Below, in pieces: positions 19,001 to 34,000 of a DNA stretch of 64,000 bases. The stretch's first letter is position 1, and every line of letters starts with the position of its first letter. Below the pieces are notes generated by a model. It ran no database searches and was not told the origin of the DNA. It saw only the letters and a program-made list of their open reading frames with translations. This stretch comes from an uncultured Christensenellaceae bacterium (GTDB taxonomy: Bacteria; Bacillota; Clostridia; Christensenellales; UBA3700). The translations under genes were made by a program, and so were the position numbers. Where the stretch lies: positions 121,237 through 185,236 of the forward strand of contig CALWHE010000002.1 in NCBI GenBank assembly GCA_944380295.1, written 5' to 3'.

Positions 19001-22000
19001 GTGTATGTGGAGTAATAATTCTGCACCATCTCGGCAGTGTAGCGTCCGCCGCTCTGCGAAGTGTAACCGTTTGCGGGGACTTCCACCCTGTCAACTATGG
19101 AGCCGTCCGCACGGCTGACCACCACAAAGTAACGGTCGTATGCCTCCGCCCAAGCGGTGGGAGCGCCGTCTTCATTCCAAGCGGTCTCATTTATGATGGC
19201 GTTGAAGCTGACGGTGTATCTCGCGCCGTCGAGCGCATCTCCGCCATTTATGTGCGCGGTGGTTATTCCGTAAGGATCAACGGTTTCTCCCGTGCCGGAA
19301 GAGGTGTTGCCGCCCGTGGAACCGCCGCCCGAAGAGCCGCTGTCTGTCTGACCGAGGCTGTTGAGCGTGTCGAGCAGACCCTGGAAGAGGTCGCCCAGCG
19401 TGCTTGCCAGGTCAAGCGAAATGGGTATGGTCAGCGGTATGGCGGCAATGTTGATGGATATGCCGCCGCCCAGCACGGTGACGCCGTCGCCCAGGTCGAT
19501 GGCAGCCTCTATACCGACTATGATGTGCGCCCAGGCGCGCAGCGTGATGGCGTCTTGCGCCAGATAAGCGGTCATGTTGCCGCCGCTGAGGCTGATGTGC
19601 AGATACAGAATAGGCTGATCCTTGCCGCCGCCCTCGGTGCCGTTTTGCTGAGTGGCGTCTATGGTGCTGAGTATCACCACAATGTCACCCGCGGAAGCGG
19701 TGAAGGGATTCTTCAAGTGATCGGTGAACCGCTTGCTTTCTCTCACCACCTCCACGCTGATCCTGGTGCCGGTGGGATAAATGCCGTGGCTCAATCTGCC
19801 GTGCGAATAACCGTTATACGCCGCGCTCTCCATGGTGGAGTTGACCAAGTCGAGCGTGAGATCCAAAGGCAGCGACGAGAGCAGCGCTTTGGCAAATTCA
19901 GAGCCGGAGCTTTCCGCATTCAGGTTGATGAAGTCTGCATCATTGAGCGCGGGCGCTTCGGGCTGATTCATCGCCTCAATGCCCAGCGTTGCCTCAAAGG
20001 TCACGTTGTCAAGCCTCAGAGAAGCGATGATCTTGCCGGCAAGCAAAGGCAGCTGAGCTTGCAGGTCTGCGTCCAAACCGAGCTTGATGCCCAGCAAGGT
20101 GGACGTGACATTGTCAAGGATAGCCGTGCCCGCATTGAGGAAGATGTTTGTGCTGTTCAGGGACACCGCGTTGAGCAATGCCGTGATGATGCCGGTGACG
20201 TCCGTGCCGCCGGCAGCGCTTTCTTCCGCCGCCATTGCCGCGCCTTCATCGGCAAGCGCCGCGCCTTGCACGCCCGCCCTGTTTTCCACTATCTGCACCA
20301 GATCGAGCGTGGGATATTCGCCCAGCAGCATGGTGATGGCGTCGGAGAAGTTGATGTCGCCGTCCTGCACGATGTCGGACTGGATACCGGAGAACAAACC
20401 GTTTATCGTGTCCACGATCATCTCCGTGAGGAAGGAATAGAGCGTGCCGGCTTGCAGCTTGATGCCAAACAAGCCAAGTCCCGTCAGATCCACATACACG
20501 GAGCCTTCGGACAGATACGCGCCCAACATCACATTGGTCACCGGCTTGCCGCTATACATGCCGTTATAAGTGAGTTCTATGCTTGCATAGCTATTTGAAG
20601 GCGTTATCCAGTCGAGGTGCCAATCAACGCTCAGCGATACGCCCATGCCGGAAATATCGTCGGTGTTGATATAGATGGGCGCGCCTATCTCCGTGGTCAC
20701 GCCGATGGCGCCCAAAATGCTGTTTATGATGGTTTGCAGGTTGAATTCGGAAGTGAACGTTTCCATGTTCAGATCCAAACTCACGCTGAAGTCGGCAAGA
20801 TATGCGTGCACCATCTCCATCAGCGTTTCGTAATTCTTGCTGCCGTCGATGCCGGCTATCTTTTTATCGATCTCCTCCTGCAACTGGGCAAACGTGCCCG
20901 CTTCATCGGACGCACCCACCACCACGCTTTCATAAGGAATGCTGATGGCAATGTTCAGGTGCGATTCGCCCTTCACCGTAACCACGGCAGACTGCCTGCC
21001 CGTGCTCAATTCTGCGCCGTCCGCGCCGATGGCGACCACGGTCACGGTATACACGCCCGCCTCGGTGAAGTCAACTTCCTGCACAAAGGAGGTAAGCGTG
21101 AAGGTTTCGTCCGCCTGCGTTTCGCCGTCCACCGTCTTGACGATGTTCAGCCTGTATTCTTTTGCTCCCGCCACGGGCTGCCAGAACAGCTTTCTGCCGT
21201 CCTCGGTCACGCCGATGGTGGAGTTTTCCGCATTGGATACGGTCAGCGAATATGCCTCGCCGGAAGAGCCGCTCGGCACTTCCACGGGACGCATCACGTT
21301 GCCGTATATGCCCAGATTGATTGTGCGCGAAGTGACAAAGCGCGCGTTGGCGACGGTGGCTCCGCTCAGTTCGATCTCATAATCGCCGTTGCGGCGCATG
21401 CTCTGCTGCACAAAGCCCGCTGCCGTGATGGGCATGTCGCCGCTCACGTTGCTCACAACGCCGTCCGTCCAGGTGAACACGGAGGTCTTGGAAGTCTGCA
21501 CGCCGCCGCTGTTAGTGTATGTCACGGTCAGGGTGTGCTCGCCGTTGCTCAGAGCTTGCAGCATGAAGCCGTCTACGTCGGTGTTGCCGTCCGCGTCTTG
21601 CGCCACGCTTATCTTGTCGGAAGAGCCGGCTGCTTTATCCAGCGTTGTGTCTAAGCCCAGAGCCGCGGAAACGTCAAGTCCGCGCAGATCCACGGGCAGA
21701 TCCACACCCACGCCTTCAAGTATCGCCAGCACGGCGCTCAGCTGCACTTCCAGTCCGAAGCGCTCGGAATCGAGCACCAGGGCGATGGAAGACACGGGCA
21801 CCAGGGTGGGCTCGTCTGTTATCTTGCCCAGTCCCGCCACGATCTCGCCGCGCGCGATGAGGTTGCCGTGTTCGTCATACGCCACCACTTCCACATAGTA
21901 TTCGCGCGTGTATGTGACATTGTAATAGCCGAAGCTGAGTTCGTCCCTGCCCAGTTCGTCCTTGCCCAGTTTGAGGTCGTCCACGCTAAAGCCAACGCCG

Positions 22001-25000
22001 CTGCTGTCTTTGGCGCCCACCAGCGGATACTTGGTGGTCATCACGCCGTTTGCCAGCTCATTTACCACGCGGTAAGGCAGCACGGTGTAAGACGTCGCAC
22101 CGCTCACTTTGCCCCAGCCGACATAATAACGTCCGGTGGTGCCGCCCAGATATTCGGACGCCAAAGGCGCAAACCACACGTTCATATCCGTGAAGGTATT
22201 CACCGCGCCCACGGCTGCCGGCGAGAACGTCTCCAAGCCTGCCACGTTGTCTACATCAGCCACTTTTTCATCCGTGTATGCATACACGCTGATAATGTAA
22301 CCGTAATCGTCTTCCGCGCCCATCATCGGATGAGTTGCGTCAAATGCGTTGAGCGCCGCCAACAGTCCGGTCACATTGGCGGAATAAGTTTCTTCTCCTT
22401 CCACCGCGTGCACGAGGTAATCGCTTGTGCCTTTAAGCGAGCCGCCGTCGGACACCCTTCTCACGGACACTTTGTATTTGAGTGCGCCGGGATAAGCCGC
22501 CCAGGACACGCTGCCCACGCCGCTTCCGGTGTATTCAAACGTCACGTTCTCCACCCTGGCAAGCGAGGCGTTGCCTTCCTGCGCGTAAATGTCTTCCGGA
22601 GTGACGTATTCGAGCATGACTTCACTCTGCTTGGAAGGCTCTATCATGGTGGTGCGCTCCGCCAACACGCGCTTGGCGCCGTTATTGTCGAAGTATGCGC
22701 TCACGCTCACCTCAAAAGAGGTGTATTCCGCCAGCTGAGCCGCCGCAACGGTGAGAGAGGTGCCGCCGAGCACGCCGGTGTAAACGGTATCTCTGACGCC
22801 GGTGCTCGTCACGCCCACCACGCTCACTTCATAACTGACCTCGGGCGCTGCCTGCGCGGTGCCCAAAGTCACTTCACCCCAGGTGAAGGTCATGTCGCCG
22901 TCAGGCTCCACGGCGTATTCCGCTTCCAGATACTGACCGAGGTCCATGATGGAAGCGATGATGTCATAGAATTCGTTGATGAGCATATCCGTGAAGGCAT
23001 ATTCCGCCGAGATCACGGGCATGTCAAACCCGAGCAGGCTGATGCCGGAGAGATCGACGTAAACGGTGCCCACGGAACCATATGTTTCTTTGCCGTATAT
23101 GCTGATGATGGATTCGCCCGCGGGTATCGTGCAAGGCGTTCCCATATCGCTGTTGTTGACCACCACGTTACCCAGCTTGATCTCGTTCTTTGCCTTGATG
23201 TCGAGCAAGAACCAGGTGCCGTCGCCCCTCAAACCGTTTGTATCCACATACATGCCCAAGGTCAGCGTGAGCGCAATGGACTGATCCGTATCGAACGTCC
23301 ACATCAGAGATACGTCTTGGAGCGCTTCAATGCCCATCTCGGAGAGCATGGCGCCCACGTCGTATGTGCCCGCGTCGAATTCCACCAGCAGATCGGCGGA
23401 AACTTGGGTGGTGTTGAGAGCGTCGATCAGCGCCTGCGTGATACGCGCCGCGTCCACGCCGGCGTCTTCGGAAGACGCGCCGAAGTTGATCGTGTCAACG
23501 TCGGTGCCCAGCTCCGCCAGCACTTCGCTTATCGGAGTGGTCACGCTCGGATCGAGGCTGTAAAGCTCTTCCGCCATGCCCAAACCGAGCCTTGCGCCCA
23601 GGCGGAAGGTCACGTCTTCCTGCGGCGCTTCGTATTTGAGCGTCAGATCTATCTCCGCGCTCGCGTCACCGTTGAAGATGTCCACGCTCGCGCCCACGTT
23701 GATGGGATCGGTGTTGATGGAGATGTCCGGAGCAATGGCGGCAAGCAGATTGTTGACGATCTGCGGCGTCACTTCAAGCCCGATGATGGTGTTTTCCATG
23801 CTCACCGCGTTGATGACGGACGCGATCGCGCCGTTCATCTGTCTGCTGCCCTCGGCAAGCGCTTCGTGGGTATCGGTGTGCGCCACCACTTTCACGTTGT
23901 AAAGCTGCAAGACGCGGCCTTGGAGCGTGTAAGAGGTGCCGGACACGTTTTGCACGTCATAAGTCGTGCCGTCTTCTTTGGTCAGGGGGTTGCCCTTGGC
24001 GTCAGTGAAGATAAGCTCATAGTGATCCACGCCCTCCATCGCGCCCCAAGTGAAGGTGGTGGTGTCTGCGTCCGCATCGTTGCGCGCCTTGATGGAGATG
24101 GAAGGCAGCTGCTCTTCTTCCGGAGCTTCGGGCGCAGGCGTCTGAACCGGACCGTTGGGAGTGGTTTCATCTTCAGTCGGCTCGTCCGCGGGAGGATTGA
24201 GCAGATCTTTTATCGTCTGTTCAAGGTCGATGTCGTAATTGCCGAGCAAACCTTCTTCTTCACCGTCACCCAGCAGCGCCTCGCGCAGCATGTTTTGCAG
24301 GTTGACGATGTAATCGAAGTTTTGCAGCGTGTATGCCCTCAAGCCCAGCGCACGCAAGTCAAGCGTGAGCAAAGGCACATTCTCATTGTTCCTGTCGGGA
24401 TATACATACAAGCCGATCAGCACGTCGCGCACGCCGTTGATGAGGCTGCACGCCTGCACCATCAGCGAGGAGTTGGCAGGATGTTCCAGATCCAGGTTCA
24501 TGGAAATGTCCAGTATCAGCGTGGTCACGTCCACGTCAAGGGTCAGGTCTATGCTGCCGATGATGTCTTCTATGCTCAGACCGGCGGATACGATGATGTC
24601 GCCCGCAATGGAGAGCACCAGGTCGGATACGCTCACCTTGCCCGCAACCATCTGCACGTCGTCACTGCCGAGCGCACCTTCGAGCATCGCCAGGTCGATT
24701 TCAAGCGAGATGTGCGTGTTGAGCAGCGTGTCCACAAGTCCGGTGAGCAGCTTGCTCTGATATGCCTCCACGCGCTCTTCAAAGTTGACGGAGCCATTCT
24801 CGCCCAAGAGAGCGTCGAGCTGAGAAGCTATCTGCGATTTGTCAACGCCCAGCAGCTGGGAAGTTCCCAAAGACAGCTGCATGTTGACGGGCGCGTCAAC
24901 GTTTGCCTCAATGATGGCGGTGTAGCCGCCGCTTGCGGCAGTATCCACGGTGATGTTCTCGCTTTCAAAGTAGACCGCTCCGTTGCGGATCTCGCCGTTT

Positions 25001-28000
25001 TCCACGATCGGCGTGCCGGTAGGCGTGCCGCCGACGGGAACGTCTGCACTGTTATAAAGTTTTGCCGTGTAAGAAGTGGCTCCCGCAATGGGCGAGAAGC
25101 TGTATGCCACGGTGGTGGCAGCGCCCTCGCCGCCCTGCACTCCGGAGAGATACTTCACCTTTTCACGATCCACTTCCACGGTTTTTGCCTGATATTCGCT
25201 GTTTTCGGCGGTTATGTGCTCCCAGTTGAGCAAGCCGTAAAGCGACAAGGTCAGATCTTGATCCTTTGCCATGCGCACGCCCGCGTTCAGGTCGAGCAGT
25301 TCGAGCACGCCCGCCACGGTGGCGACCGTTTCGTTGCCGGAAAGCGCCGTGGAGAGCAGCGTTGCCACCGCGCCGAACGCCGCGCGCAGGGCTATCTCTT
25401 CAGAGCTGATACCCAAGACGATGGCGTCTTTCTGCGTGAGGGCGGAAGTGCCGCCTTCGGGAGCCAGGCTCACGCCCTGCACTTTGCCTTGCTGCGCCTC
25501 GCTCTTTTGCTCTTCCGGATCGAAGGACACGTTGGAGATGCCCATCAGCTTGCCGTCAGCGTTGTAAGCCTTGACCACGGCGGTGTATGCCTTGCCCGCC
25601 TCAGGCGCCTCAAACTTCACGCCGCTTTCCGCGTTGGCTTTGGTGACGCCGCTCTCTTGCTCGTTAAAGATGACTTCAAATTGCGCATAGCGCTCCATGT
25701 CGCCCGTCACCGTCACGCCGTCTGTGTCCGCAGTCGCCTTGAAGCCGCCGCTCACCGCGGAGATGTCCAAGCCGCTTATCAGATCTTCGAGCATGCCGTC
25801 CACAAGGTCGAACAGTTCGAGTTCGAGCGTGTAAGCGGGAAGCGTGATGCCAGCTATCTTGAAGTTGGTCAGATCCAGCAGCACCTGTCCGTTCTTGTAA
25901 TACAAGCCGATGAGCGTGCCGGGATTGATGGCGTTATTGCCGTCTATTTCCAGACCGTCGGATTTCAGCGTCAGCGCAATGCGCATATCTTCCGCGCTGC
26001 CCATTTCCAACAGCAGTTCCAGCCTGAGGTTGAACACGAAAGGTGCGGTGATGGTCCAGTAAACGTTTTGGATCTCATCCAAGCCTTCCATGCCCACGCC
26101 GGCTGCCACCAGAATGTCGGAGATGAGCGCGCCCATGTCGTATTTGCCTTCATCGATGTAGATGGCAAGCTCCGCGCCCAGCCTGAATCCGTCCATCAGC
26201 TCCTTGACGGAGTCGAGCAGACTTGCGTTGTCCATCAGACTGATGTTCTGAATGTTTTGAGCGAGCGCGCCGTTCACGTAAACGGGATCAGCCCCGCCCG
26301 TGAGCGCCGCTTCCGCCTTTGCCGCGCCGTCTGATCCCAGCTGCATGCTGCCGGTGATGTTGACGGTTTCCACGCTGTAATTGGCAGTCACGCGCAGAGG
26401 CAGCGCCTGAGCGACCGCCATTTCCAGGTTGGTGCGGGTCTCGTCGGGCACGCGGTTTTTCTGGTTCAGCCACGCGTTCTCCGTCGTGGAAGTATCCACG
26501 GTGAGCGTGAGCTTCCAATTGTTTTCCTGCGTGGGCAGCGTCCAGGCGCTTGCGTCATCCACGCTGTTGAGCACGAGATAATGCCCGTATTCCGCCGTGT
26601 CGCCGGCGCGTTCGCGCAGTTCAAAGGTGAAGCTTGCCGCCTGCGCCTGCTCTTCCGTCAGCTGCCAGGTGTATTTGAGATTGGTGCCTTCAGGCTCAGG
26701 CTTTGCGGTGCTCTCCGTTGCCACATACTCGCCGGGAGTGCCGTCGGAAATGTTGATGTCTATCTGCGCACTGCCCGCCACTATCTCGGCAGACACCTTG
26801 GCGTTTGCCCAGTCAAAGGCAACGCCCAGCACGCCGCGCAGCAACTTGTCTACCATCAGGGCGCGGGCGTCAACTTCTATGGCGCCGTTTCTGATCTTGA
26901 TCATGCCCATGATGGTTTTGAGCAAGGTGTTATTGGTCGTGGAAGCATAAACTTCGTTGCCGCCGATGTTGGCAGGCGTGAAGGTCTGCGAGGCGGCGTC
27001 ATATCTGCCCGCCCTCACCACAAACACGTAATATGCGGGGAATTCCACGCCGTTATACTTGGATTCCGCGTCGGAGATAAGTCCGATGTTGTTGAGCACG
27101 GAAGTGAGCACTCTCACGGTGGTGATGTTGGAAGGCAGCACCAGCGTGCCGTCGTCCGTCATCACGGCGCCGTCTATGCTGCTCACGGTATCTCTGAGCG
27201 CCTCGCGTATCAGATTGGTCTTGGAGTTGTCGTAGCCGTTATACAGCTCCACCACATAGTGCGAAGCACCGCTGTAACGCGACCAGGTGAAGGTGGTGGT
27301 TTTGTCCGCACCCGCGCTCACGCTCACATAAACGTCGCCCTGCTTGGTGAAACCGTAACCGCTCAGCGCGCCGCTCACACCCAGTTGAGGTATGGAGGCA
27401 AGGCTGTTTGTCTGCGCGCTATCGTCGGACGAGGTGACGCCGAACGCCTCATCGATCAGACCGTAAAGGGTGTCGACGATGGTATCCAGGTCGATATCTA
27501 TGTTGCTTATGGTGTTGAGCAGATCGTCCACCACGCCGTATATCAGATCGGGCAATGCCGAATCGGTCACGGCGAACCTGCCCAGCGAAATGCCGCCCAG
27601 GTCTAAGACCACTTCATATCCGTTGAGATAAATGCCGATGAGCTTTTCTCCCTTGCCCGCGTCGGATATCTCCACCGTGGCTTTGGAGTTGTTATGATCG
27701 TCGGGATCTATCGCCAGATTGAGGTCGATGCCCACGTTGAGTCCGGTGAGTTCCAGCATGATGTCGCCCAAGTCGAGATCGACGTTGGTCTGAGCAAAGA
27801 TGTATGCCAGAACGGCGCCGATATTGAGCGCGTCGGAGGATTCGGGATCCACTTTGAGTTCAAGGTGGGCGCTCAGGTTGAGCACCTGCTCTATGATGCC
27901 CTCTATCAGCATGCTGCCGGCGTCCGCCGCACCCTTGGCGATGTCTGCCGCTTCCGTTCTGACTTCATCCCTCCAGCCGGGGGTGCCGCCCAGTTCCACA

Positions 28001-31000
28001 CCGGAAATGCTCACGGTGCCTTCCGTTTTGGCGTCCTTGTAATACATATCTTCATCCAGCTCGCCCACAAAGTGCAGCTGCATCCAAGCCTCGTTGTCGG
28101 GGTCGCGCGTGATGATGAGGTCGATCATCGCGTTGTAATTGCCCAGATCCGCATCCATGCCGAACAGTTTGAGGAAGGCTTCCACTGCGGTGAAGGACAC
28201 GATGGCGGCAATGTCGTTTTGCGTCACGCCTATCAGCATCGCTTCGTTTTCCTTCAGTTTCCAAGGATATCTCAGCGTGGTAGTGGCGCCGGCGTTTTCG
28301 GGAGCCAGCGAAGTCTGCTGCACCCTGCCGCCCGTCTTGATCAGACCCACAACGCCTTGAATGGGCGCGCCTTCCTTGTAAGGCACCACCTTGACTTCCG
28401 TCACGGGAGCCTCAACGAACACGGAAAGCGCCGTGATCTGCGAATACAGCACGTTGTCTGCGTAAATGTAATATTGATCCGCGCCGGGCACTCTGTTCCA
28501 GCTGACGGTGTAACCCTGCTTGTCGCCCTGCATATCCGCAGTGGAGGTCATGCTGAACGAATTGGTGCCGGTGCCGCTCTTGATCGGCGTGCCGTCAGCG
28601 TCTTTTGCAACCACGGTGAGCTCGTAAACTTCCGGAAGCTGAGCCACGGGCACGGTGAAGGTGAGCTTTTCTTCCCCTTTCTGCAAGGTGATGCCGCTCA
28701 CGGTTTGGATCTGCCCGTCCACGTCCGCATAGCTGACTTCATAGCTGTCCGCGCCGCTCACGGGGCTCCACGTAAACACGGCGTTGCCGTTGTTCACTTC
28801 GCAGCCCACATACATGTTGCCGTAGATCACCAAGTCGGTGTTTTCCAGCGCGTTGTCGAGCACATAGGTGACAAAGCTGGAAATATCAAATTTGGTGCTG
28901 TGATACTTGGGCATGGACAGACCCAACAGACGGATGTCGGAAAGATCGATATAGAGATCCGTGCCGTCTATGATCAGCGTGAGGAAGTCCGTCCCCTCCT
29001 TGAAGAGGACCTTGTCCCCGCCGTCGGCGGTGGTGCCCATTATCATATCCCGATCGAAGGATATTTTGAGCATCGCCAGCGTGTTGACGGGATCGTTATA
29101 GTCGAGCGCCATCTTCAAGGAGAGATTCAAGCCCAGCTGCATGCCGCCCGTGGTAACGGTTTCGTCTGCACCGACATAAAGCGGCTCAAAGATGAGGTCG
29201 AGTCCGTTGGAATCGGTCAAGCCGCCTTCCACGATGCCGAAGCTGTTGAGCAGGTCGCCTATGCCGAATACGCCGCCGGGCAGATTTATGTTCACTTTCA
29301 GATCCAACGCCAGGTTGCCCAAAATGCCCACGATGCTTTCAGACAGCGTTGCGCCGCTGGTCAAGTCGATCACCGTGGCGGGCTTTTCTTTGATCGCCTT
29401 TATCTTGTCCTCAATGTCATAGCCGGTGGAAATATCGAGGGTGGCGCCCAAAGTGTAAACATTGGTCTCCTCGCTGCTGCCGGCAGCCGCGTTGCTCACA
29501 TTCACCTCAAGATCCAGCTTGCCGTCTACAAGCAGCAGATCGCCCTCTGCTTCCACAAAGTCGATGGCGGTGCCGAAGAGATCTTTGGTCAAAGCCTGCA
29601 AAGCGGCTGTCTGTGCGGAAAGCGCCACGCCCAGGTTCTCCAAGCTCACCAGTTTGATGAGGTGATCCACCAGCGTGCCTATCGGCAGAGAGTTGACGGT
29701 GAGAGCAGGCGCAAAGGTGCCCGTCTGCACGTTGCCGCTCTTTTCCGTATCCTTATTCGGATCCGTCCAATCAGGATCGTAAGAGAGGTTGATCAGCTTG
29801 TTCAGATCGAGGTTGACGCCGGAGAGCAAGTTTTCTATCGTCCTTGCCGCCAGATCCATGATGGAAGAGCCGGTCACCTGCAACACGCCGCCGCCCAGCG
29901 CGCCGTTGCGAATGGCGCTGAGGTCGAGATAAATGTCGCCGTCGACCAGATATATGCCTATCACCGTTTCCCAATCTGCATCGGTGGGGGCTACGGCAGA
30001 CGTCATCTCAATGCCGATATAGGCGTTGAGCGCGGCAAGATTTTCCGCATTGCCGTCCAACACCAGATCGAGCCTGTATTTGACGCCCTGCGACGTGTCT
30101 ATATTAAAGTATTTATCGTATTTTTCCGGATCTATGCCGCTCATGTCCAGCATTTCGAGCAGTCCGTTGAGCGCATAGCGCAGATCGAAGGTTTCTCCGT
30201 TGCTGCCCGCACCCAGTTCAAGGGTGATGCGGCTGCGGAGCACGGTGTTTATCACCTCGTTGATGAGGTCCGCGCTCTTGTCTGCAAAACGGTCTTCCAC
30301 CGTTTGCGCGTTTTCACCTTCGCCGCGCGCATACTTGATCAGTTTGTTGCGCAGATCGGTATCGTCCGTTTTAACGCGCGTTCTGAATCCGGCAGACAGC
30401 GTGAGGTCGGCTTCAAGTCCGGTGCCTTTATAAGAGCTGCCTTCCAGATCCTGCGTGTTGTTGAGGCTGAGTTTGAGCTGATTGCCCTTGCCCGCCGCCG
30501 TGGTCAGCTGCACTTCCCAAGGCAGTAAGTTGTCCTCCGTGAGCTTCGTAAGATCGATGATGGAAGTATCCTTCAAGATCTTGGTGATGGCGGTCATTGC
30601 CACAGACAGCGTGAGGTCGGAATCCAGCACCAGGGAGGCGCCGCCTTCTGCATCGCCCGCAAGCGTCTGCGTGCCGTTTGCCAAAGCCAGCATCGCCGCG
30701 CCCTGCTTGCTCTCGGGCAGCTTACCCAAAAGCTCTTCCACTTTTTCGGCGGCGATCTTCACGATGTCTGCCAGATATTCCATCATGTCAAAGTTTTCCA
30801 CTTTGAGCACGGGGAATTCCATTCCCAGCAGCTCGACCTGCGAAAGGTCGACATAAAGATTGCCGTTGTAAATGGTCACATAAATGCCCTCGCCCGCATC
30901 GAGTATGGGCTTGTTGTCGGCGCCGCTCGCGCCGAGCACCAAAGGCGTGTCCGTGTCGGCGATAATGCCCACTACCAGCGTGCTTTGCTCAATATCGAGC

Positions 31001-34000
31001 GCGCCCGCGGTCTCTTGCAGATCGGCTGCCAGCGTGAGGCTGAGCTCTATGTTCGATTTGTCTATGGTCCAATCAACGCCGTTCTTTTCGATGGCTTCCA
31101 AAGCGTCTTCCACGTTTTGGTTGTTCATCGTCAAAACGGTTTTCAGGATGGGAGCAATCACCGCCCAGATGTCGGTCGTGCCGCCTGCCGCGGTGAGGTT
31201 GAGATCCAGGCTCATATCCAAAGAATTGAGCAGGGTGACAACGCTGTGCTCCATCTTTGAAAGGTCTATCTGCACGGGTGCAAGACCATCGATATATTCG
31301 CCCAAAGCGGCGGCTGCGCCCGCTTCCGTTTTGCTTACTTTGAGTCCGAGCTTCAAAGTCATCTCTTTGGCGGACGCGTCAACGCCGTCTTTGATGGTGG
31401 CTGTTATCTTACCCTTGCCGGCAAAGATGTCCAGATAGCCGCTCGCCTCCGCGTTGAGGGTCATAGACATGCTGTCCACCAGAGAGAGCAGTTCGTTGAT
31501 GATGTTGTTTGTGACCGTCAGCTTGATGTTGGCATATTCCACGCTGACCATGGACACGATGGCTTTGATAACGTTCTTGGCAGACTCGCTCAATCCCTCG
31601 TCCTCGGCGGCGGTATCGCCTTCCGCGCCGGATACGCTCTGCACGGGAGTGAGCGCGTCGCCGTAAGGATATGTGCCGCCCTCGGCAATGAGGTCGAGCA
31701 GTCCGGCAAGGTCTATGTTAAGACCGGTATCGCCCACTTTCAAGCCGTCTATCAAGCCGCCCAGATATGCGGTAAGGTTATCTATTATATCGGTGGCGGG
31801 AACTTCCACGGCGCCCATGCCCATGCCGGACAGATCCAGCCACAGGCTGCCGTTATAGACGTATATGCCCATCAAAGTGGTGGTCTTGCTCTTGGTCACA
31901 TAGTTGAGTTTGAGGGAGATCATGTTCAGATCCACATCGCCCTCGCCCATCTTGCCGTCAAGGGCAAGTTCCAGATCTATGCGCACAGGCTCTCCGGATT
32001 CTTCCGCGATCAGAGTGAGCGCGGTATCGCCCAGGTTGACAACGCCGCTCACCAGCTGCCTTGCCACGCCGAGCAGATCGAAACCGACGCTTTCCGCCGC
32101 GGCCGCGGTGATGGAGAGCGTGAGCTTGGAAGAGAGCACCTCGTCCAAAATGCCGGAGATGAGCTTGGTGGGATATTCGGTATCCTGATCGGACGCAGGC
32201 AGAGCCGCATACGCGTTATCTATAAATTTAGGTATGCTCACTCCGCCTATCTGGCCGCCGATACCGATGCCCGCCTTCAAGCCCAGGCCGACGGACTTGT
32301 TGTCGAACGTGCCGTCAAGGTTGACCCAAATGGCTTTTTCGCTCTCGCCCTCGGGCGTGCCCAAGCCTATCTCCACGTCAAATTCCATGGAGGATACGCT
32401 GGCGGGTATGTCCGGCACCACCTGCGAGAGCAAACTGAACACCGCCTGCGAAGTGACCAGCACTTGCAGTTTGGTGGGATCGATGTTGATATAGTTTTCA
32501 AAGCGATCGTTGTCGGCAAACGCCTGCGCCTGCACGCTGCTCACAGCGGGAGCAAACGCAACGGGATCTCCGTTTGCGGTGAGTTTGAGGCAGTCGTATC
32601 TGTTGCCCAACGTGTCGAGCGCGTAAACGGCGATATAGTCGCCGGCAGCCGCCTGCACATTGTAAGAACCGCTTATCGTATGAGTGGTGGTCTTCTCATT
32701 ATACTCGTGAGTCACACCTCTGAGCAGCACTTCCTTCCCGCCTTCCGCCGCGTCTTTGTCGAAATAGACGGTTTCAAACTTCTTACCGTTGCCGATATAG
32801 TCAGAGTTGACGATATAGTCAAAGGCGATGGTGAATTCCACGCCGCTCTCGTCTGCGGTAACACTGCTCTCTTCGAGATAACGCATACCGTTACCGTCGT
32901 TATACATATTGGCAACGGCGTCTTCAAGCTGAGTGAGATAGCCCGCCACAAAGCCGGCAAGATCGAATTCCTCCACCTTGTAAACGGGCAGCGTGATACC
33001 CAAAACGGTGATGGCGCTGAGGTCTACCACCAGCGTGTTTTGACTGACCGCTATGGTGATGGCGGAGTTCTTTTTGATGATAAAGCCGTTGCCCGCCACC
33101 ACGTTGCCGGGCTGTGTATCGTCGGCGGAGAGGGACACGCCCTCGGGGAAGGCAATGCGCACCATAAAGCCGCTGTCAGACAGATCTTCTTCGTTAAAGG
33201 CGGCGTAAACGCCCAGCGTTGCCGCTATCTCGGCGCGAACGCCGTTGCTGCCCACCGTCCAGGTGAGGCTGTCGCCCAGGTATTCGGCGATGTCGTCGGG
33301 CAGGAAGGGTCCGATTATCTTGGAGACGTTGTATGCGCCCGCCTCCACGTCTATGGTCAGATCGGCTTCCAAGGAAATGCCGTCGGAAAGTATGCCTATC
33401 ACGCTTTTCGTAAGCCCGGCGCCATATAAAAGATTTATCTCCTTATATTCGGAATAGTCGTCCGCCTCGCCCTTGTCCACGTCCGGCTTACCTTCCGTGC
33501 CGGAGAGCGTGAGCGATCCGTTGATGTCATAGCCCTGCCCGTCTTCCACGGAGGCGTCTTCATATATGCCTATCGTCAGATCGACGGAGCCTTTGAAGAT
33601 GTCGAGGTCGGTCACGCTCACGTCTACCAGAGTGATGGTGGCGCCGCCGGTGAGCGACGCGATGAGGTCGCCGAGCAGCTCGCGCGTGAGGTTGAGCGAG
33701 ATGAGGTTGCCCTTGATGGAGAGCGCGGAGAGCAGAGGCGCGATGGTGGAGATGATGTCGCCGCCCACGCTTGCCTGCGAACTGCCGGTGGCGATGGGTT
33801 CGCCGCCGTCTTTGCCGTATGCGCTCACCTTAACGGTGTAACCGGTGTAATTGCCGCCCCACATAAAGGTGACGAACGCCCTGCCCGTGTCTGTCACGCG
33901 GGAAGGCTCCCAAAGCAGCTTGCCGTTAGAACCGATGAATTCCACCATGTAATAAGCCGCGCCGCTTACACGCGCCCAAGTGGCGGTGTTGGCTGCCTCA